Notes: generated by a model not told the origin, from the sequence alone. A DNA stretch of 64,000 bases from Lacinutrix sp. MedPE-SW (GCF_001874145.1 NZ_MPCX01000006.1:110961-174960), one strand, 5' to 3'; positions 10,480 to 21,195 are shown, counted from the first letter of the stretch. Translations and numbers: made by a program.

Positions 10480-11221
10480 AAAAAGAAACCTTTTTATTTT
10501 TGCAATACTTTTAATAATACTTGCAGCACTTTTATATAGCTATCAATATACTGTAAAGCGATTAGAGTTTTTAGGTTATTACAATAAAGTCTATGCACAT
10601 AGAGTGAATAGTATAGAAAAATTAAACCAAGCTTTAAAACATTTTAAAGGTGTTGAGTTAGATTTAGTATACAATGTAAACACCGATAAGTTTGATGTAA
10701 ACCATCCGCCAGCAGAATCAATAAATTTATCTTTTGAAAGTTATTTATCTGCTATAAAAACAGATACTTTACCTTTTTTATGGTTAGATATTAAAAATTT
10801 AGAGTCTAAAAACAGTTATAAAATACTATCAAAACTAGAATTTTTAGTAAATAAATTTAATTATCCAAAAGATAAATTATTAGTAGAATCGTTAGTTCCT
10901 GTGGCGTTACGGCCTTTTAATGGTTCTGGTTTTAAAACAAGTTACTACTTGAAACCAAAACTATATTTACATGATAGTTTAAATTTAAAAACAGAAATAA
11001 AAAATATAAGAACGGTTTTAAAAAATCAACCGTATTTAGCAATTTCTGCTAGTTATGAGAATTATGATTTAATAAATAAATATTTCCCTAAAGAAACTAA
11101 ATATATGTGGGCAATAACACCTGCATATCATTTTAAACAATTAAAAATACGTGAGGTATTAAAAGATAGTACAGTTGCCATACTATTAAGTAATTTTAAA
11201 GCAAAAAAAGGAAATCGCTAA
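10466..11221 (+). CDS. membrane-anchored PLC/GDPD-like phosphodiesterase (tentative)
   Basis: AHRVNS...GVELDL...VNHPP resembles the PLC-like phosphodiesterase core; translationally coupled to the EptA-like gene. Confidence 0.35.
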   Translation: MTKGKKRNLFIFAILLIILAALLYSYQYTVKRLEFLGYYNKVYAHRVNSIEKLNQALKHFKGVELDLVYNVNTDKFDVNHPPAESINLSFESYLSAIKTDTLPFLWLDIKNLESKNSYKILSKLEFLVNKFNYPKDKLLVESLVPVALRPFNGSGFKTSYYLKPKLYLHDSLNLKTEIKNIRTVLKNQPYLAISASYENYDLINKYFPKETKYMWAITPAYHFKQLKIREVLKDSTVAILLSNFKAKKGNR

Positions 11222-11332
11222 TAGTTTTTAAAGTATATTTTAATGATGATTTTTAAGTTATGAGGTTTAAATTATAACTTTATAAACTGGCCTTTTACCC
11301 ACAACATGCTTTGGTGGAAAAAAGTTTTTTAA

Positions 11333-12076
11333 TTACTTAGCTTTTTTAAATATAGGAATTAGATAAGAAATAGTATAACCATATCCAACTCCAATTCTGC
11401 CACTATCAAACGTTTTATTAAATCCAGGAATAAAAAGATTTTCAAAATTATTAGGTTGATCTTGAGTAATGTTACCTTTTAATTGAAAATTAAGTCCTAA
11501 AAACAAATTGTTTAATACTTCGGTTTTAATACCAAATTGTAGTTCAATCCATACTGCAGAAAGGCCTTTAACTTCAAGTGCTTCGGTAGAAGTAAACTGC
11601 GGTGTAAAAAATTGATCTTGTGCATAAACAGTAAAACTATTTCTAGTTTGAGAAAAGGTACTTGTTCCTAATCTAAATCCGCTATAAATCATATTTTCCA
11701 TACCTAACCAGTTGGAATATAGGTTGTAATCTGCTCCGGCTTTAAGGTAGCTACCTTTGGCAGTAACACTTAAAAAATCGTTAGTAGTCGTTTTTTCTTC
11801 GTTACCAAGTTCTGCAGCTAAGTACCAATTTTTAGTAATTCTATAATCTCCGCTAACTTCAAAACCTTTATAATCATCATCTATCGCGGTGCGTACAAGT
11901 TTACTTATATCTGCCCCAAAACGAATACCATATTTTTGTTTAATTTTTATAGAATCAGTTATAGTTGTTGTTTCTTCTTCTATTTCATTTTGTGCATAGA
12001 TAGTGCTGTAACACAAAAACAAACAAAAAAGAAGACTAGTGTAAAAGGTTAAAGTGTGTTGTTGATTCATCTTCAA
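11333..12076 (-). CDS. outer-membrane beta-barrel protein (DUF6048-like)
   Basis: Signal peptide, alternating beta-strand pattern, aromatic C-terminus. Confidence 0.5.
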   Translation of the reverse strand: MKMNQQHTLTFYTSLLFCLFLCYSTIYAQNEIEEETTTITDSIKIKQKYGIRFGADISKLVRTAIDDDYKGFEVSGDYRITKNWYLAAELGNEEKTTTNDFLSVTAKGSYLKAGADYNLYSNWLGMENMIYSGFRLGTSTFSQTRNSFTVYAQDQFFTPQFTSTEALEVKGLSAVWIELQFGIKTEVLNNLFLGLNFQLKGNITQDQPNNFENLFIPGFNKTFDSGRIGVGYGYTISYLIPIFKKAK

Positions 12077-12554
12077 TAGATTGATTTACGTTAACAGGTT
12101 CTATTAGGTTTATCCAATTATCAGTGTCATTCTCCACTGCAATGGTTACATTTTTAAAAATAGTTTTATAACCACAGGCTCTAGAAACATATATTTCTTC
12201 GGTTTCATAAGTTATTATAACACTATCAGGATTTCCATTAATAACAGTTCCATCTGTATCTTCTTCATAATCTTTATAAAAAACAAAACTAGTTTCGTTT
12301 TCAGAAGTTTTTAATGGTAAAATTATATTAGAAACTGTTGTGTCTCCTTGGTAATCTTCAATAACCATTTCTGGATTATCTGTTACTTCAACTCGAAAAT
12401 TAGCAGCACTTTTTACAATATCTTCATTCTGTAAATCTAAAAAGTCTATAATTAACCTTGGTGTTGTTGGTGTACTTTCTGGACAAATATCATCACGTTC
12501 GCAACTAAAAGCAATACATGATAATACTAGGAGTATAGTAATATATTTATTCAT
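12036..12554 (-). CDS. lipoprotein (DUF6452-like)
   Basis: Lipobox LVLSCIAFSC; overlaps the downstream barrel gene. Confidence 0.45.
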   Translation of the reverse strand: MNKYITILLVLSCIAFSCERDDICPESTPTTPRLIIDFLDLQNEDIVKSAANFRVEVTDNPEMVIEDYQGDTTVSNIILPLKTSENETSFVFYKDYEEDTDGTVINGNPDSVIITYETEEIYVSRACGYKTIFKNVTIAVENDTDNWINLIEPVNVNQSIEDESTTHFNLLH

Positions 12555-12556
12555 AA

Positions 12557-13969
12557 TTAACGTTTCTCTAAAAGTACAATATTTTCTACATGAAATGTTT
12601 GCGGAAACATATCTACAGCTTGTACTTTTGTTACTTTATACATGGCATCCATAAGTTGTAAATCTCTTGCTTGAGTTGCACTATTACAACTTACATATAC
12701 CACTTTTTGTGGTGCAATATTTAATATTTGCTGTACAACATCCTTGTGCATACCATCTCTTGGAGGATCTGTAATAATAACATCTGGTTGACCATGAGTA
12801 TTTATAAACTCTTGATTAAATACATTTTTCATGTCACCCACAAAAAAAGAAACGTTATCTATACCATTTAATTGTGCATTTTCTTTAGCAGCAGTTATAG
12901 CGTCTGGTACAGCTTCTACACCTACAACTTTTTTGGCTTGTTTTGCTACAAATTGCGCAATGGTTCCTGTTCCTGTATATAAATCGTAAACTAGTTCGTC
13001 TCCTTTTAAACCTGCAAAAGTTCTTGTTAATTTATATAACTCGTAGGCTTGTTTTGAGTTGGTTTGATAAAAAGATTTGGCATTAATTTTAAATTTTAAG
13101 CCTTCCATTTCTTCAAATATATGGTCGTTTCCTTTGTAGCAAATAACCTCTTGATCGTAAATAGTGTCGTTAGCTTTACCATTAATTACATATTGTAATG
13201 AGGTAACTTGTGGAAATTCTTCAGCAATAAAATCTAATAGTAATTCTCTTTTTGCCTTATCTTCTTTAAAAAACTGAACCAATACCATAATATCTCCTGT
13301 TGTAGAGGTTCTAATCATTAAGGTTCTAAGTAATCCAGTTTGATTTCTGGTATTAAAAAACTCTAAATTATTTTTAACAGCAAACGCTTTAATACTATTT
13401 CTTATAGCGTTTGAAGGATCTGCTTGTAAGTGACATGTATTAAGGTCTAAAATTTTATCCCACATTCCCGGAATATGGAAACCTAAAGCGTTTCTATCTC
13501 CTAAATCTTTATCGCTTTGTATTTCTTCTAGCGTTAACCAACGTGAGTCGCTAAAAGAAAATTCCATTTTATTACGGTAGTAATATTGCTCGGCAGCGCC
13601 TAAAATAGGTGTAACTTCAGGCAGTTCTATATGCCCAATCCTTACTAGATTATTTGTAACTTCTTTTTGTTTATAAAACAATTGATGCTCGTAGGCCATA
13701 CTTTGCCATTTACAACCACCACAAACACCAAAATGCTCGCAAAGCGGTTGCGTACGTTTATCGCTTAATGTATGAAAAACGGTAGCTTTACCTTCGTAGT
13801 AAGCTTTACGTTTTTTAAAAGTTTGCACATCTACAACATCTCCAGGTACAGCATTAGGCAAAAAAATCACTTTTCCGTCTGGTGCTTTTGCAACAGTTTT
13901 TCCTTTTGCTGCAGCATCTATAACTTCAACATTAGTGAAAACCTTCTTTCTATTTTTACTTCTTCCCAT
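12557..13969 (-). CDS. rlmD: 23S rRNA (uracil-C5)-methyltransferase RlmD/RumA
   Basis: TRAM domain, Fe-S Cys cluster CEHFGVCGGCKWQ, DPPRDG and VSCN motifs. Confidence 0.85.
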   Translation of the reverse strand: MGRSKNRKKVFTNVEVIDAAAKGKTVAKAPDGKVIFLPNAVPGDVVDVQTFKKRKAYYEGKATVFHTLSDKRTQPLCEHFGVCGGCKWQSMAYEHQLFYKQKEVTNNLVRIGHIELPEVTPILGAAEQYYYRNKMEFSFSDSRWLTLEEIQSDKDLGDRNALGFHIPGMWDKILDLNTCHLQADPSNAIRNSIKAFAVKNNLEFFNTRNQTGLLRTLMIRTSTTGDIMVLVQFFKEDKAKRELLLDFIAEEFPQVTSLQYVINGKANDTIYDQEVICYKGNDHIFEEMEGLKFKINAKSFYQTNSKQAYELYKLTRTFAGLKGDELVYDLYTGTGTIAQFVAKQAKKVVGVEAVPDAITAAKENAQLNGIDNVSFFVGDMKNVFNQEFINTHGQPDVIITDPPRDGMHKDVVQQILNIAPQKVVYVSCNSATQARDLQLMDAMYKVTKVQAVDMFPQTFHVENIVLLEKR

Positions 13970-14141
13970 AGCTGCAAAAGTAGTTTGTTTTTTTGCATGA
14001 TAAAAATTTTAATTAGCACTTTATATTTAGTAATTTGCAAGCCTTAGGGATGATTTCTTTCCCACGCTGAATTTTCGACACTTCGAAAGGAAAAAGGTAG
14101 ATAAGGAATGGCTTTTTTATTCACTAATAAACATTATTAAA

Positions 14142-15422
14142 ATGGCTGTTTTAGAACATTTAACATCGCAACAAGCGATAGATTTAGAAAACAAATACGG
14201 AGCACACAACTATCATCCGTTACCAGTAGTATTAAGTAAAGGCGAAGGCGTTCATGTTTGGGACGTAGAAGGAAAAAAGTATTACGATTTCCTATCGGCT
14301 TATTCTGCTGTAAACCAAGGACATTGTCACCCAAAAATTGTTGGAGCAATGACGAGTCAAGCACAAACACTTACATTAACATCTCGAGCTTTTTATAACG
14401 ATATGTTAGGAAAGTTTGAAAAGTATGCAAGCGAAACTTTTAATTACGATAAGTTATTACCAATGAATACTGGTGCAGAAGCTGTAGAAACAGCTTTAAA
14501 ACTTTGTAGAAAATGGGCTTATGAAGTAAAAGGAATAGATGAAAATGAAGCAGAGATTATTGTTTGCGAAAACAATTTTCATGGTAGAACAACAACAATT
14601 ATTTCTTTTTCTAATGATCCTGTAGCACGTAAAAACTTTGGTCCTTATACAAAAGGATTTATTAAAATTGAATACGATAATTTGCAAGCTTTAGAAGAAG
14701 CTTTAAAAAACAACAAAAATGTTGCAGGATTTTTAGTAGAACCTATTCAAGGTGAAGCTGGAGTTTATGTACCTAGCGAAGGATATTTAGCAGCAGCAAA
14801 AGCTTTATGTGAAAAACATAATGTACTATTTATTGCAGACGAAGTACAAACAGGTATTGCAAGAACAGGCCGTTTATTAGCTACTTGCGGAAATTGCTCT
14901 TGTGATAATAAACATTGCTCTGGTACACCAGAAGTAAAAGCAGATATTTTAATTTTAGGTAAAGCCTTATCTGGTGGAGCATATCCTGTATCTGCAGTTT
15001 TAGCTAACGATGCTATAATGAATGTTATAAAACCTGGTAATCATGGTAGTACTTTTGGTGGAAATCCTGTAGCAGCAGCAATTGGTATTGCGGCTTTAGA
15101 GGTTATTAAAGATGAAAAATTGGCCAATAATGCTCAAGAATTAGGAGAGGTTTTTAGAACTGAACTTTCAAAATATATAGAAAACTCTACTATTGTTAAT
15201 GGGGTTAGAGGTAAAGGTTTATTAAACGCTATATTAATTAACGATACTGAAGACAGTGATACGGCATGGAACATTTGTATAGCTTTAAGAGATAATGGTT
15301 TATTGGCTAAACCTACTCATGGAAACATTATACGTTTTGCGCCACCTTTAGTAATGACTAAAGAGCAATTGCTAGACTGTGTATCTATAATAACTAAAAC
15401 ATTAAAACAATTTGAAAAGTAA
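14142..15422 (+). CDS. rocD: ornithine aminotransferase
   Basis: Class III aminotransferase; [14 protein letters not shown] and GSTFGGNP motifs. Confidence 0.85.
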   Translation: MAVLEHLTSQQAIDLENKYGAHNYHPLPVVLSKGEGVHVWDVEGKKYYDFLSAYSAVNQGHCHPKIVGAMTSQAQTLTLTSRAFYNDMLGKFEKYASETFNYDKLLPMNTGAEAVETALKLCRKWAYEVKGIDENEAEIIVCENNFHGRTTTIISFSNDPVARKNFGPYTKGFIKIEYDNLQALEEALKNNKNVAGFLVEPIQGEAGVYVPSEGYLAAAKALCEKHNVLFIADEVQTGIARTGRLLATCGNCSCDNKHCSGTPEVKADILILGKALSGGAYPVSAVLANDAIMNVIKPGNHGSTFGGNPVAAAIGIAALEVIKDEKLANNAQELGEVFRTELSKYIENSTIVNGVRGKGLLNAILINDTEDSDTAWNICIALRDNGLLAKPTHGNIIRFAPPLVMTKEQLLDCVSIITKTLKQFEK

Positions 15423-15446
15423 AATTGTTTAATTTATTTTATAAAA

Positions 15447-15476
15447 AAAGCCTTTCAAGAAATTGAAAGGCTTTTT
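15447..15476. terminator. bidirectional terminator between convergent rocD and the CCC-motif gene
   Basis: AAAGCCTTTCAA / TTGAAAGGCTTT stem flanked by A- and T-runs. Confidence 0.75.
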
Positions 15477-15497
15477 TAATTTTAATAATTTATAAAC

Positions 15498-15827
15498 TTA
15501 CTCAGCAGTTTGAGTTTGGTATTGCTCCATCATTTGTCTAGATTGCTCCATCATCTCATCCCAACCAACAGTTGAAATTTGGTAAATAGTCCAGGCTAAG
15601 TATAAAACATTAATAATCATGATTACTAAGGCAACAGTTTTTGCCGTTTGCATTGCTTTTGTATCTCCTTCATAAGCATCTGGATTTAACTGCGCTGCTT
15701 TAATTTGGTTAGCAGCAATAAAATATGCTGGTGCAGATAATAATACTCCTGAGCCACCTATACAGCAGCAAAATAAGCCAATAATTGATAATACATAAAC
15801 TAAAGTTGGGTTCAGTTTTTTCTTCAT
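15498..15827 (-). CDS. CCC-motif membrane protein
   Basis: Two TM segments with the FCCCIGG motif. Confidence 0.5.
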   Translation of the reverse strand: MKKKLNPTLVYVLSIIGLFCCCIGGSGVLLSAPAYFIAANQIKAAQLNPDAYEGDTKAMQTAKTVALVIMIINVLYLAWTIYQISTVGWDEMMEQSRQMMEQYQTQTAE

Positions 15828-15839
15828 AAGTTGGTTGGT

Positions 15840-16163
15840 TTAAATTAATTGTTTGACTATAAAACTAATAATTATTATTAATACTGAAGCTATTGCTAAG
15901 CCATTAATAATTTTATTGATGTTTTTAAATTTATAAAAAAAAGAAGTAACTATTAATAAACCTAAAGGTATTAGGGTGAAAATAGCAGGATACATTTTAA
16001 ATGCTTCAATTATTTCGCCATGAAATAAAAAACTCAAACTACGTTGTAAACCACAGCCCATACAATCAAAACCAAAAAGTTTTTTGTTTAAACAAGGCAA
16101 CATGTATTCTTGTAAGTTTTGCATAAAAATGTTTAAAACAAATGTATATAAAAAAGTAGGCAA
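15840..16163 (-). CDS. DUF2752 membrane protein
   Basis: CxxxxxxGxxCxGCGxxR motif (CLNKKLFGFDCMGCGLQRS). Confidence 0.55.
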   Translation of the reverse strand: MPTFLYTFVLNIFMQNLQEYMLPCLNKKLFGFDCMGCGLQRSLSFLFHGEIIEAFKMYPAIFTLIPLGLLIVTSFFYKFKNINKIINGLAIASVLIIIISFIVKQLI

Positions 16164-16170
16164 AAAAAAA

Positions 16171-16191
16171 GTTGATACTTATTGTATCAAC
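16171..16191 (-). terminator. terminator after the T9SS-CTD protein gene
   Basis: GTTGATAC-TTATT-GTATCAAC followed by T9 on the minus strand. Confidence 0.7.
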
Positions 16192-16216
16192 TTTTCTTTT
16201 AAATTACATAGTACAA

Positions 16217-18010
16217 TTAATTATTTACAATAATTTTTTTGGTTTGTACTGTGTTATCTTTAAATGTTACATTAACTATGTAAACACCAGTACTTAAAGA
16301 TTTAGTAGAAAACTCATATTGAGGTTTTGTATTTAAGTCTGTCTTATTTAAAATTTGTTTGCCAGAAACATCTGTAATTGTTACAGTGTTTATTTGTTTT
16401 GCATTTGGATTATAAATTTCTAGTTGAGAGCGCTTGTTATTTTGAAAAATATTAAAATTAGAATCTTCAAAGGCTTCAGTAGTTAAAGTATTAGTGTTAT
16501 TAAATACAATTTCAAAGCGATTATCGTAAATACCTGCTTCTAAATTTGTTTCAAAGTTTAATACTGTTAAATCGTAATAAACATCTGTTTCTTTATCATG
16601 TAAGTATATAGGTTGATTATCTAAATTTTGAATATCGTACACTTTAACAGCAACAGGCATATTTTGTTCTATTTTTAATACTAAAGGTATTTTTAAATCT
16701 ATATCAAAGTTATGTGCTTGAGTAACATAAGGTACATCTTGTAATATAAAGTAAGCATCTGTAGGAGCTGTTTCATTATTGGCAGATTCTAATCCAAAAT
16801 CAAAACCATTTGTAGCTGTTGGATGAAAATTATGTAATAAAGGTCTTGTAAACGCATTGTTAAAATTTACATTTAACCTAAAACGTTTATAAGGGTTTGG
16901 TAAAATTTGACCATGATCATTATAATTGTAAATATCCTGCTCTTCGTTAGTAAATTTTTGAGTTTGAGATGCTGTTTTATAAAACTCACTATTAGGATCG
17001 GTTTGTTTGTAATAAGCTCTATGCTCATTTTTAAATTGCAAATTCCCGTCTGCCGTAGCTTCTACCATGAATCCTTGACCTACTGCAATGTACCTATATA
17101 TTCTTTTGCCCGAAGTTGATGCAGAACCAATACCACTTGGAAATCCATTTGCATCTGGTGAAGAGAAAATTGGTGCATTCCATGATTGCATTAAACCATC
17201 AGCAGAAATTGTGTACATACCATAACCACCAATATAGTCTGCTGTTTGATGAGAGCTAACACTTAAATCATGTTCCCAAAATAAAAGTGTTCCATCAAAA
17301 AGAGCATTATTATTTGGGTCGTGAATAAAAGCAGCAGTATCTAAAGCACTTGGGTATGGGTTTCCTGCAAGTGTACTTTGGCCATTTAAAACAGCTACAT
17401 TAATAGTACCTGTGTTAGGTTTCCCTCTAAAGTCATATAATTGTCCTGTAGATCCAGTAATACCTTTCATTGTAAAACCATAACCACTAGCTAAGTTGCC
17501 AGATTCACCAATGTGATCCCAATCTGAATATTGTGTACCAGGATTATAACTGTATAACCAATAGCTAGATATTGTTAATGGAGTACTTGTACCATCAAGA
17601 CTTCCTGTAAAAGAAACAGGTATACTTGTAATTTCATTTAATAGTGGATCTACGTTTCCAATCCACTCATAAAAATTAGTATTTGGCCTAAAATCACTAT
17701 TTCCAGCAAAATCTGTATCTACATTACCAACTGGTGATGCCCAAAAATTATAAGCGTAATTGTGTACTGTTCCCGATTGAAATATACTTAATTTACCTAA
17801 TCCAGAATTTCCAGTCACTCCAGTACCTTGTACAAGTTGTGCATCGTTTCGTAAATATAGAGATGAAGCAGATTCTTTTAAATTAACATCGTCTTCAACA
17901 AATAAAACTTGATCATTAGCGTAAAGAAAAGCGTTATTTCTAACTGTTAATTGGGCAAAACTAGTTGTAACTAGTAATGAAAATAGAAAAAATGATAGGA
18001 TTTTTTTCAT
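16217..18010 (-). CDS. secreted protein with T9SS C-terminal sorting domain
   Basis: Signal peptide; C-terminal ~80 aa (ITDVSGKQIL...GVYIVNV...TKKIIVNN) is typical of the T9SS CTD. Confidence 0.6.
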   Translation of the reverse strand: MKKILSFFLFSLLVTTSFAQLTVRNNAFLYANDQVLFVEDDVNLKESASSLYLRNDAQLVQGTGVTGNSGLGKLSIFQSGTVHNYAYNFWASPVGNVDTDFAGNSDFRPNTNFYEWIGNVDPLLNEITSIPVSFTGSLDGTSTPLTISSYWLYSYNPGTQYSDWDHIGESGNLASGYGFTMKGITGSTGQLYDFRGKPNTGTINVAVLNGQSTLAGNPYPSALDTAAFIHDPNNNALFDGTLLFWEHDLSVSSHQTADYIGGYGMYTISADGLMQSWNAPIFSSPDANGFPSGIGSASTSGKRIYRYIAVGQGFMVEATADGNLQFKNEHRAYYKQTDPNSEFYKTASQTQKFTNEEQDIYNYNDHGQILPNPYKRFRLNVNFNNAFTRPLLHNFHPTATNGFDFGLESANNETAPTDAYFILQDVPYVTQAHNFDIDLKIPLVLKIEQNMPVAVKVYDIQNLDNQPIYLHDKETDVYYDLTVLNFETNLEAGIYDNRFEIVFNNTNTLTTEAFEDSNFNIFQNNKRSQLEIYNPNAKQINTVTITDVSGKQILNKTDLNTKPQYEFSTKSLSTGVYIVNVTFKDNTVQTKKIIVNN

Positions 18011-18191
18011 AATTAAGTGGTTTATAAAAGTAAATTCGGGTGTACAAATATACTGATTTTAAGAGAGTTGCAAAACAATTAATTTTAATTTTATGAACTG
18101 TAAACGTTTTTTTTGTTCTTTATTAAAATACCATAGGCAATAATTTAGAGATAATATAATATTCAAGTTATGTTTTATTAGTTTTGTAATA

Positions 18192-18401
18192 ATGAATAAG
18201 AGTAATATTATTAGTTATTTATCTATACTAATTGGAGGTGTTGTAGCTATCTACGCAAATGCCAATAGCCAACAAAATGTGTACTTACTTATACTAGGTA
18301 TTTTTATGCTTATGTTTGGTGGCTTTAGGTTAAATTCTAAGCTTAGTAGTAAAGTAAAAAATAAAAAGGAAAAAAATTATTTTACAGGAGAAGAGGAGTG
18401 A
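18192..18401 (+). CDS. small two-TM membrane protein
   Basis: 69 aa; stop overlaps the start of the Smr gene (coupled). Confidence 0.4.
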   Translation: MNKSNIISYLSILIGGVVAIYANANSQQNVYLLILGIFMLMFGGFRLNSKLSSKVKNKKEKNYFTGEEE

Positions 18402-18961
18402 GTTTTAAAGTAGGAGATAAGGTTTTTGTTTTAGATGAAGCACTTTCAGGACAGGTAATAAAAGTTCTAAAAGATAGTGTTGTAATTGAAGATACCAATG
18501 GGTTTGAACTAACTTTTGGCTTTACCGAAGTTGTAAAACAAGAAGATTCTACATTAAAAAATGAAGCTTTTTCTAAAAAAAGCGCACATCAAGTTGCTTT
18601 AGAAAAAGCATCTAAAAAAAGAAAACAAACACCTAAAGTTAAGCCTAAAGAACGTTTTCAGCCTACAATGGAAGTCGATTTGCATATTCACCAATTAGTA
18701 AAATCTGAACGTGGTATGACTAGCCACGAAAAAAAGTTACTTCAATTAGACACAGCAAAACATAAATTAGAGTTTGCTATGAAAAAGAAAATACAAAAAG
18801 TAGTATTTATACATGGTGTAGGTGAAGGTACTTTAAAAATTGAATTACAATACTTATTTGGCAGATATAATAATGTTAAATACTACGATGCCGACTATAG
18901 AAAATATGGGCAAGGAGCTACAGAGGTTTATATATATCAAAATGTAAAACCAGAGTATTAA
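18398..18961 (+). CDS. Smr-domain protein (MutS2 C-terminal-like)
   Basis: C-terminal Smr signature VDLHIH ... VVFIHGVGEGTLK. Confidence 0.6.
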   Translation: MSFKVGDKVFVLDEALSGQVIKVLKDSVVIEDTNGFELTFGFTEVVKQEDSTLKNEAFSKKSAHQVALEKASKKRKQTPKVKPKERFQPTMEVDLHIHQLVKSERGMTSHEKKLLQLDTAKHKLEFAMKKKIQKVVFIHGVGEGTLKIELQYLFGRYNNVKYYDADYRKYGQGATEVYIYQNVKPEY

Positions 18962-19920
18962 AACTCTGGAGTTACTTGTCGAGAGGTTATATTAACGTTT
19001 GCATCATCTGTTAAGGTACCAAATTCTAATACATCTTGATTAATTGTTGGTAATGCCAAATCAAATATTGTTAAAGATAATGTGAATGTTTGGTTTATAT
19101 TATGCTCACTGTATTCTGTAGTATCAACACTATTTACAATTAATGGATTTCGGTAATCTGGTAATGCGCCACCATCTGTAAAGTCATCTGTAGGATCTAG
19201 ATTTTCATTTTCAGTATCTTCATTAATTGTTAAAATACCATCATTGTCATCATCATTATCTAAATAATCAGGAATTAAGTTATCTGGATCTTCACTTTCT
19301 TCATCTGTATTTCTAGCAGTTAAAGTTTCAGTGTCAGCATCATAAACAATACCTTCATCTATTGTTTTAACGTTATCACCATCATCATCATCATCAAGAT
19401 AGTTTGGTAAACCATCGCCATCTGTATCATCATCATCAAGAATTCCGTTGTTATTTATATCTTCCAATTCAGCAGGAATACCATCGTTATCATCTTCAAT
19501 TAAACCTACGGTAAAAACTGCAGTTCCACCAGTAGCAATAGCATCGTTAGTTATACTAACACTTGATTGTGGTATTGCAGTACAAAAAACATTACTAGGG
19601 TCTGCATTATAAGTTCTATAATTAAAAGCGTTAGAACTATTTATAGCAATACTAACATTTTCATCGTTTACTAAATTAACAAGCAAATCATTATCAGGAT
19701 CAATAGTAGTTGCAAATAATTCTGCTAAAGTTCTGTCACCAATAAAAGAAAGCGATTCAAAAGGATCTGTTTTAGTTTTATATACAGTAAAATTATCGTT
19801 AGAGTTTAAATCGCAAGCATTAAAAGTATCATCAAATTCTAAAGATTCAGTAATAATATCACCATCGTTACAAGAGTAAAAAAGAAAAGATATGGCTAAA
19901 AGAGATAAAATGTTTTTCAT
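18958..19920 (-). CDS. lipoprotein with Asp-rich thrombospondin type-3-like calcium-binding repeats
   Basis: Lipobox FLFYSC; repeated DxDxDGxxD motifs (DDNDGIPAE, DTDGDGLPNYLDDDDDGD, DNDDDNDGI). Confidence 0.55.
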   Translation of the reverse strand: MKNILSLLAISFLFYSCNDGDIITESLEFDDTFNACDLNSNDNFTVYKTKTDPFESLSFIGDRTLAELFATTIDPDNDLLVNLVNDENVSIAINSSNAFNYRTYNADPSNVFCTAIPQSSVSITNDAIATGGTAVFTVGLIEDDNDGIPAELEDINNNGILDDDDTDGDGLPNYLDDDDDGDNVKTIDEGIVYDADTETLTARNTDEESEDPDNLIPDYLDNDDDNDGILTINEDTENENLDPTDDFTDGGALPDYRNPLIVNSVDTTEYSEHNINQTFTLSLTIFDLALPTINQDVLEFGTLTDDANVNITSRQVTPEF

Positions 19921-20052
19921 ATAAATTATAGAATTTCAAACAAAAATAATGGAAATGTATAAATGATAACGCAGCTTTATACAATTAATTTTATTTGGGT
20001 TATTTTTGAAGTTTGAAAGCGACTATAAAAAATAGTCTAGAATTTTTAATAA

Positions 20053-21195
20053 ATGAATAAACCGGTATATTTTGATAATGCTGCAACAACACAAATTCGT
20101 GATGAAGTTGTAAAACAGATAACCAAAATAATGCAAGAAAATTATGGGAATGCTTCGTCTTCTCATAGTTTTGGGCGTGCATCTAAGGCTTTAGTAGAGA
20201 ATGCAAGAAAATCTATAGCAAAGCATTTAAATGTATCTGCTGGTGAAATAGTATTTACTGCAGGAGGAACTGAAGCAGATAATTTAGTATTAAGAAGTGC
20301 TGTTAAAGATTTAGGTGTAACCGAAATTATTACAAGTAAAATAGAACACCATGCGGTGTTACATACTGTAGAAGCATTACAAAAAGAATTTAATTTAAAA
20401 GTTAAGTACGTTAACTTAAATGCATCGGGTGATATAGATTATTCTCATTTAGAGACACTTTTACAATCTACCAATAAGCAACTTGTAAGCTTAATGCATA
20501 TTAATAATGAAATTGGTAATATTTTAGATATTAAAAGAGTAGGTGAGTTATGTTTAGCAAATAATGCTCTATTTCATAGTGATACAGTACAATCTGTTGG
20601 GCATTATAAATTAGATTTAAAAAATATATCTATTGATTTCATGGCAGTGAGTGCACATAAGTTTCATGGTCCAAAAGGTGTTGGTTTTGCTTATATAAAA
20701 AAGAATTCTGGATTAAAACCTTTAATAATTGGTGGCGAACAAGAACGCGGATTAAGAGCAGGAACAGAATCTATACACAATATAGTTGGTATGGCAGAAG
20801 CTTTAAATTGTGCGTATAAAAATTTAGAAGCAGAAAGTAATTATATAAAACACTTAAAACACTATTTTATTAATAGTATTAAATCTCATTTGCCTAATGC
20901 TAGTTTTAATGGAAATTCTGGAAACCTTGAAAAAAGCACCTACACAATAATTAATGTTTGTTTACCTTTCTCTGTAGCCTTAACATCTACAATATTATTT
21001 CAATTAGACTTAAAAGGTATTGCGTGCTCTAGAGGTAGCGCATGCCAAAGCGGAAGCATTAAACCATCACACGTTTTAGCACAAATTTTAAATGCTGAAG
21101 ATCAAAAAAAACCATCTTTGCGCTTTTCATTAAGTAAGTTTAACACAAAAGATGAAATAGACTATGTTGTTAATGTTTTAAAAGAATTTGCATAA
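20053..21195 (+). CDS. cysteine desulfurase (NifS/IscS family)
   Basis: PLP-lysine motif SAHKFHGPKG and catalytic Cys loop SRGSACQSG. Confidence 0.85.
   Translation: MNKPVYFDNAATTQIRDEVVKQITKIMQENYGNASSSHSFGRASKALVENARKSIAKHLNVSAGEIVFTAGGTEADNLVLRSAVKDLGVTEIITSKIEHHAVLHTVEALQKEFNLKVKYVNLNASGDIDYSHLETLLQSTNKQLVSLMHINNEIGNILDIKRVGELCLANNALFHSDTVQSVGHYKLDLKNISIDFMAVSAHKFHGPKGVGFAYIKKNSGLKPLIIGGEQERGLRAGTESIHNIVGMAEALNCAYKNLEAESNYIKHLKHYFINSIKSHLPNASFNGNSGNLEKSTYTIINVCLPFSVALTSTILFQLDLKGIACSRGSACQSGSIKPSHVLAQILNAEDQKKPSLRFSLSKFNTKDEIDYVVNVLKEFA

Noticed and set aside
14054-14096. Hairpin (TTTCGA-CACT-TCGAAA inside CTTTCC...GGAAA) in the rocD leader, as a possible riboswitch or attenuator
   Set aside because: It is small, matches no riboswitch class I recognise, has no adjacent U-run or leader peptide, and lies in a divergent promoter region. 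It is noted only as a weak candidate.
19200-19500. GAT/ATC-rich low-complexity DNA as a possible tandem repeat or VNTR
   Set aside because: It is the in-frame coding sequence for Asp-rich calcium-binding repeats; no exact tandem unit is present.
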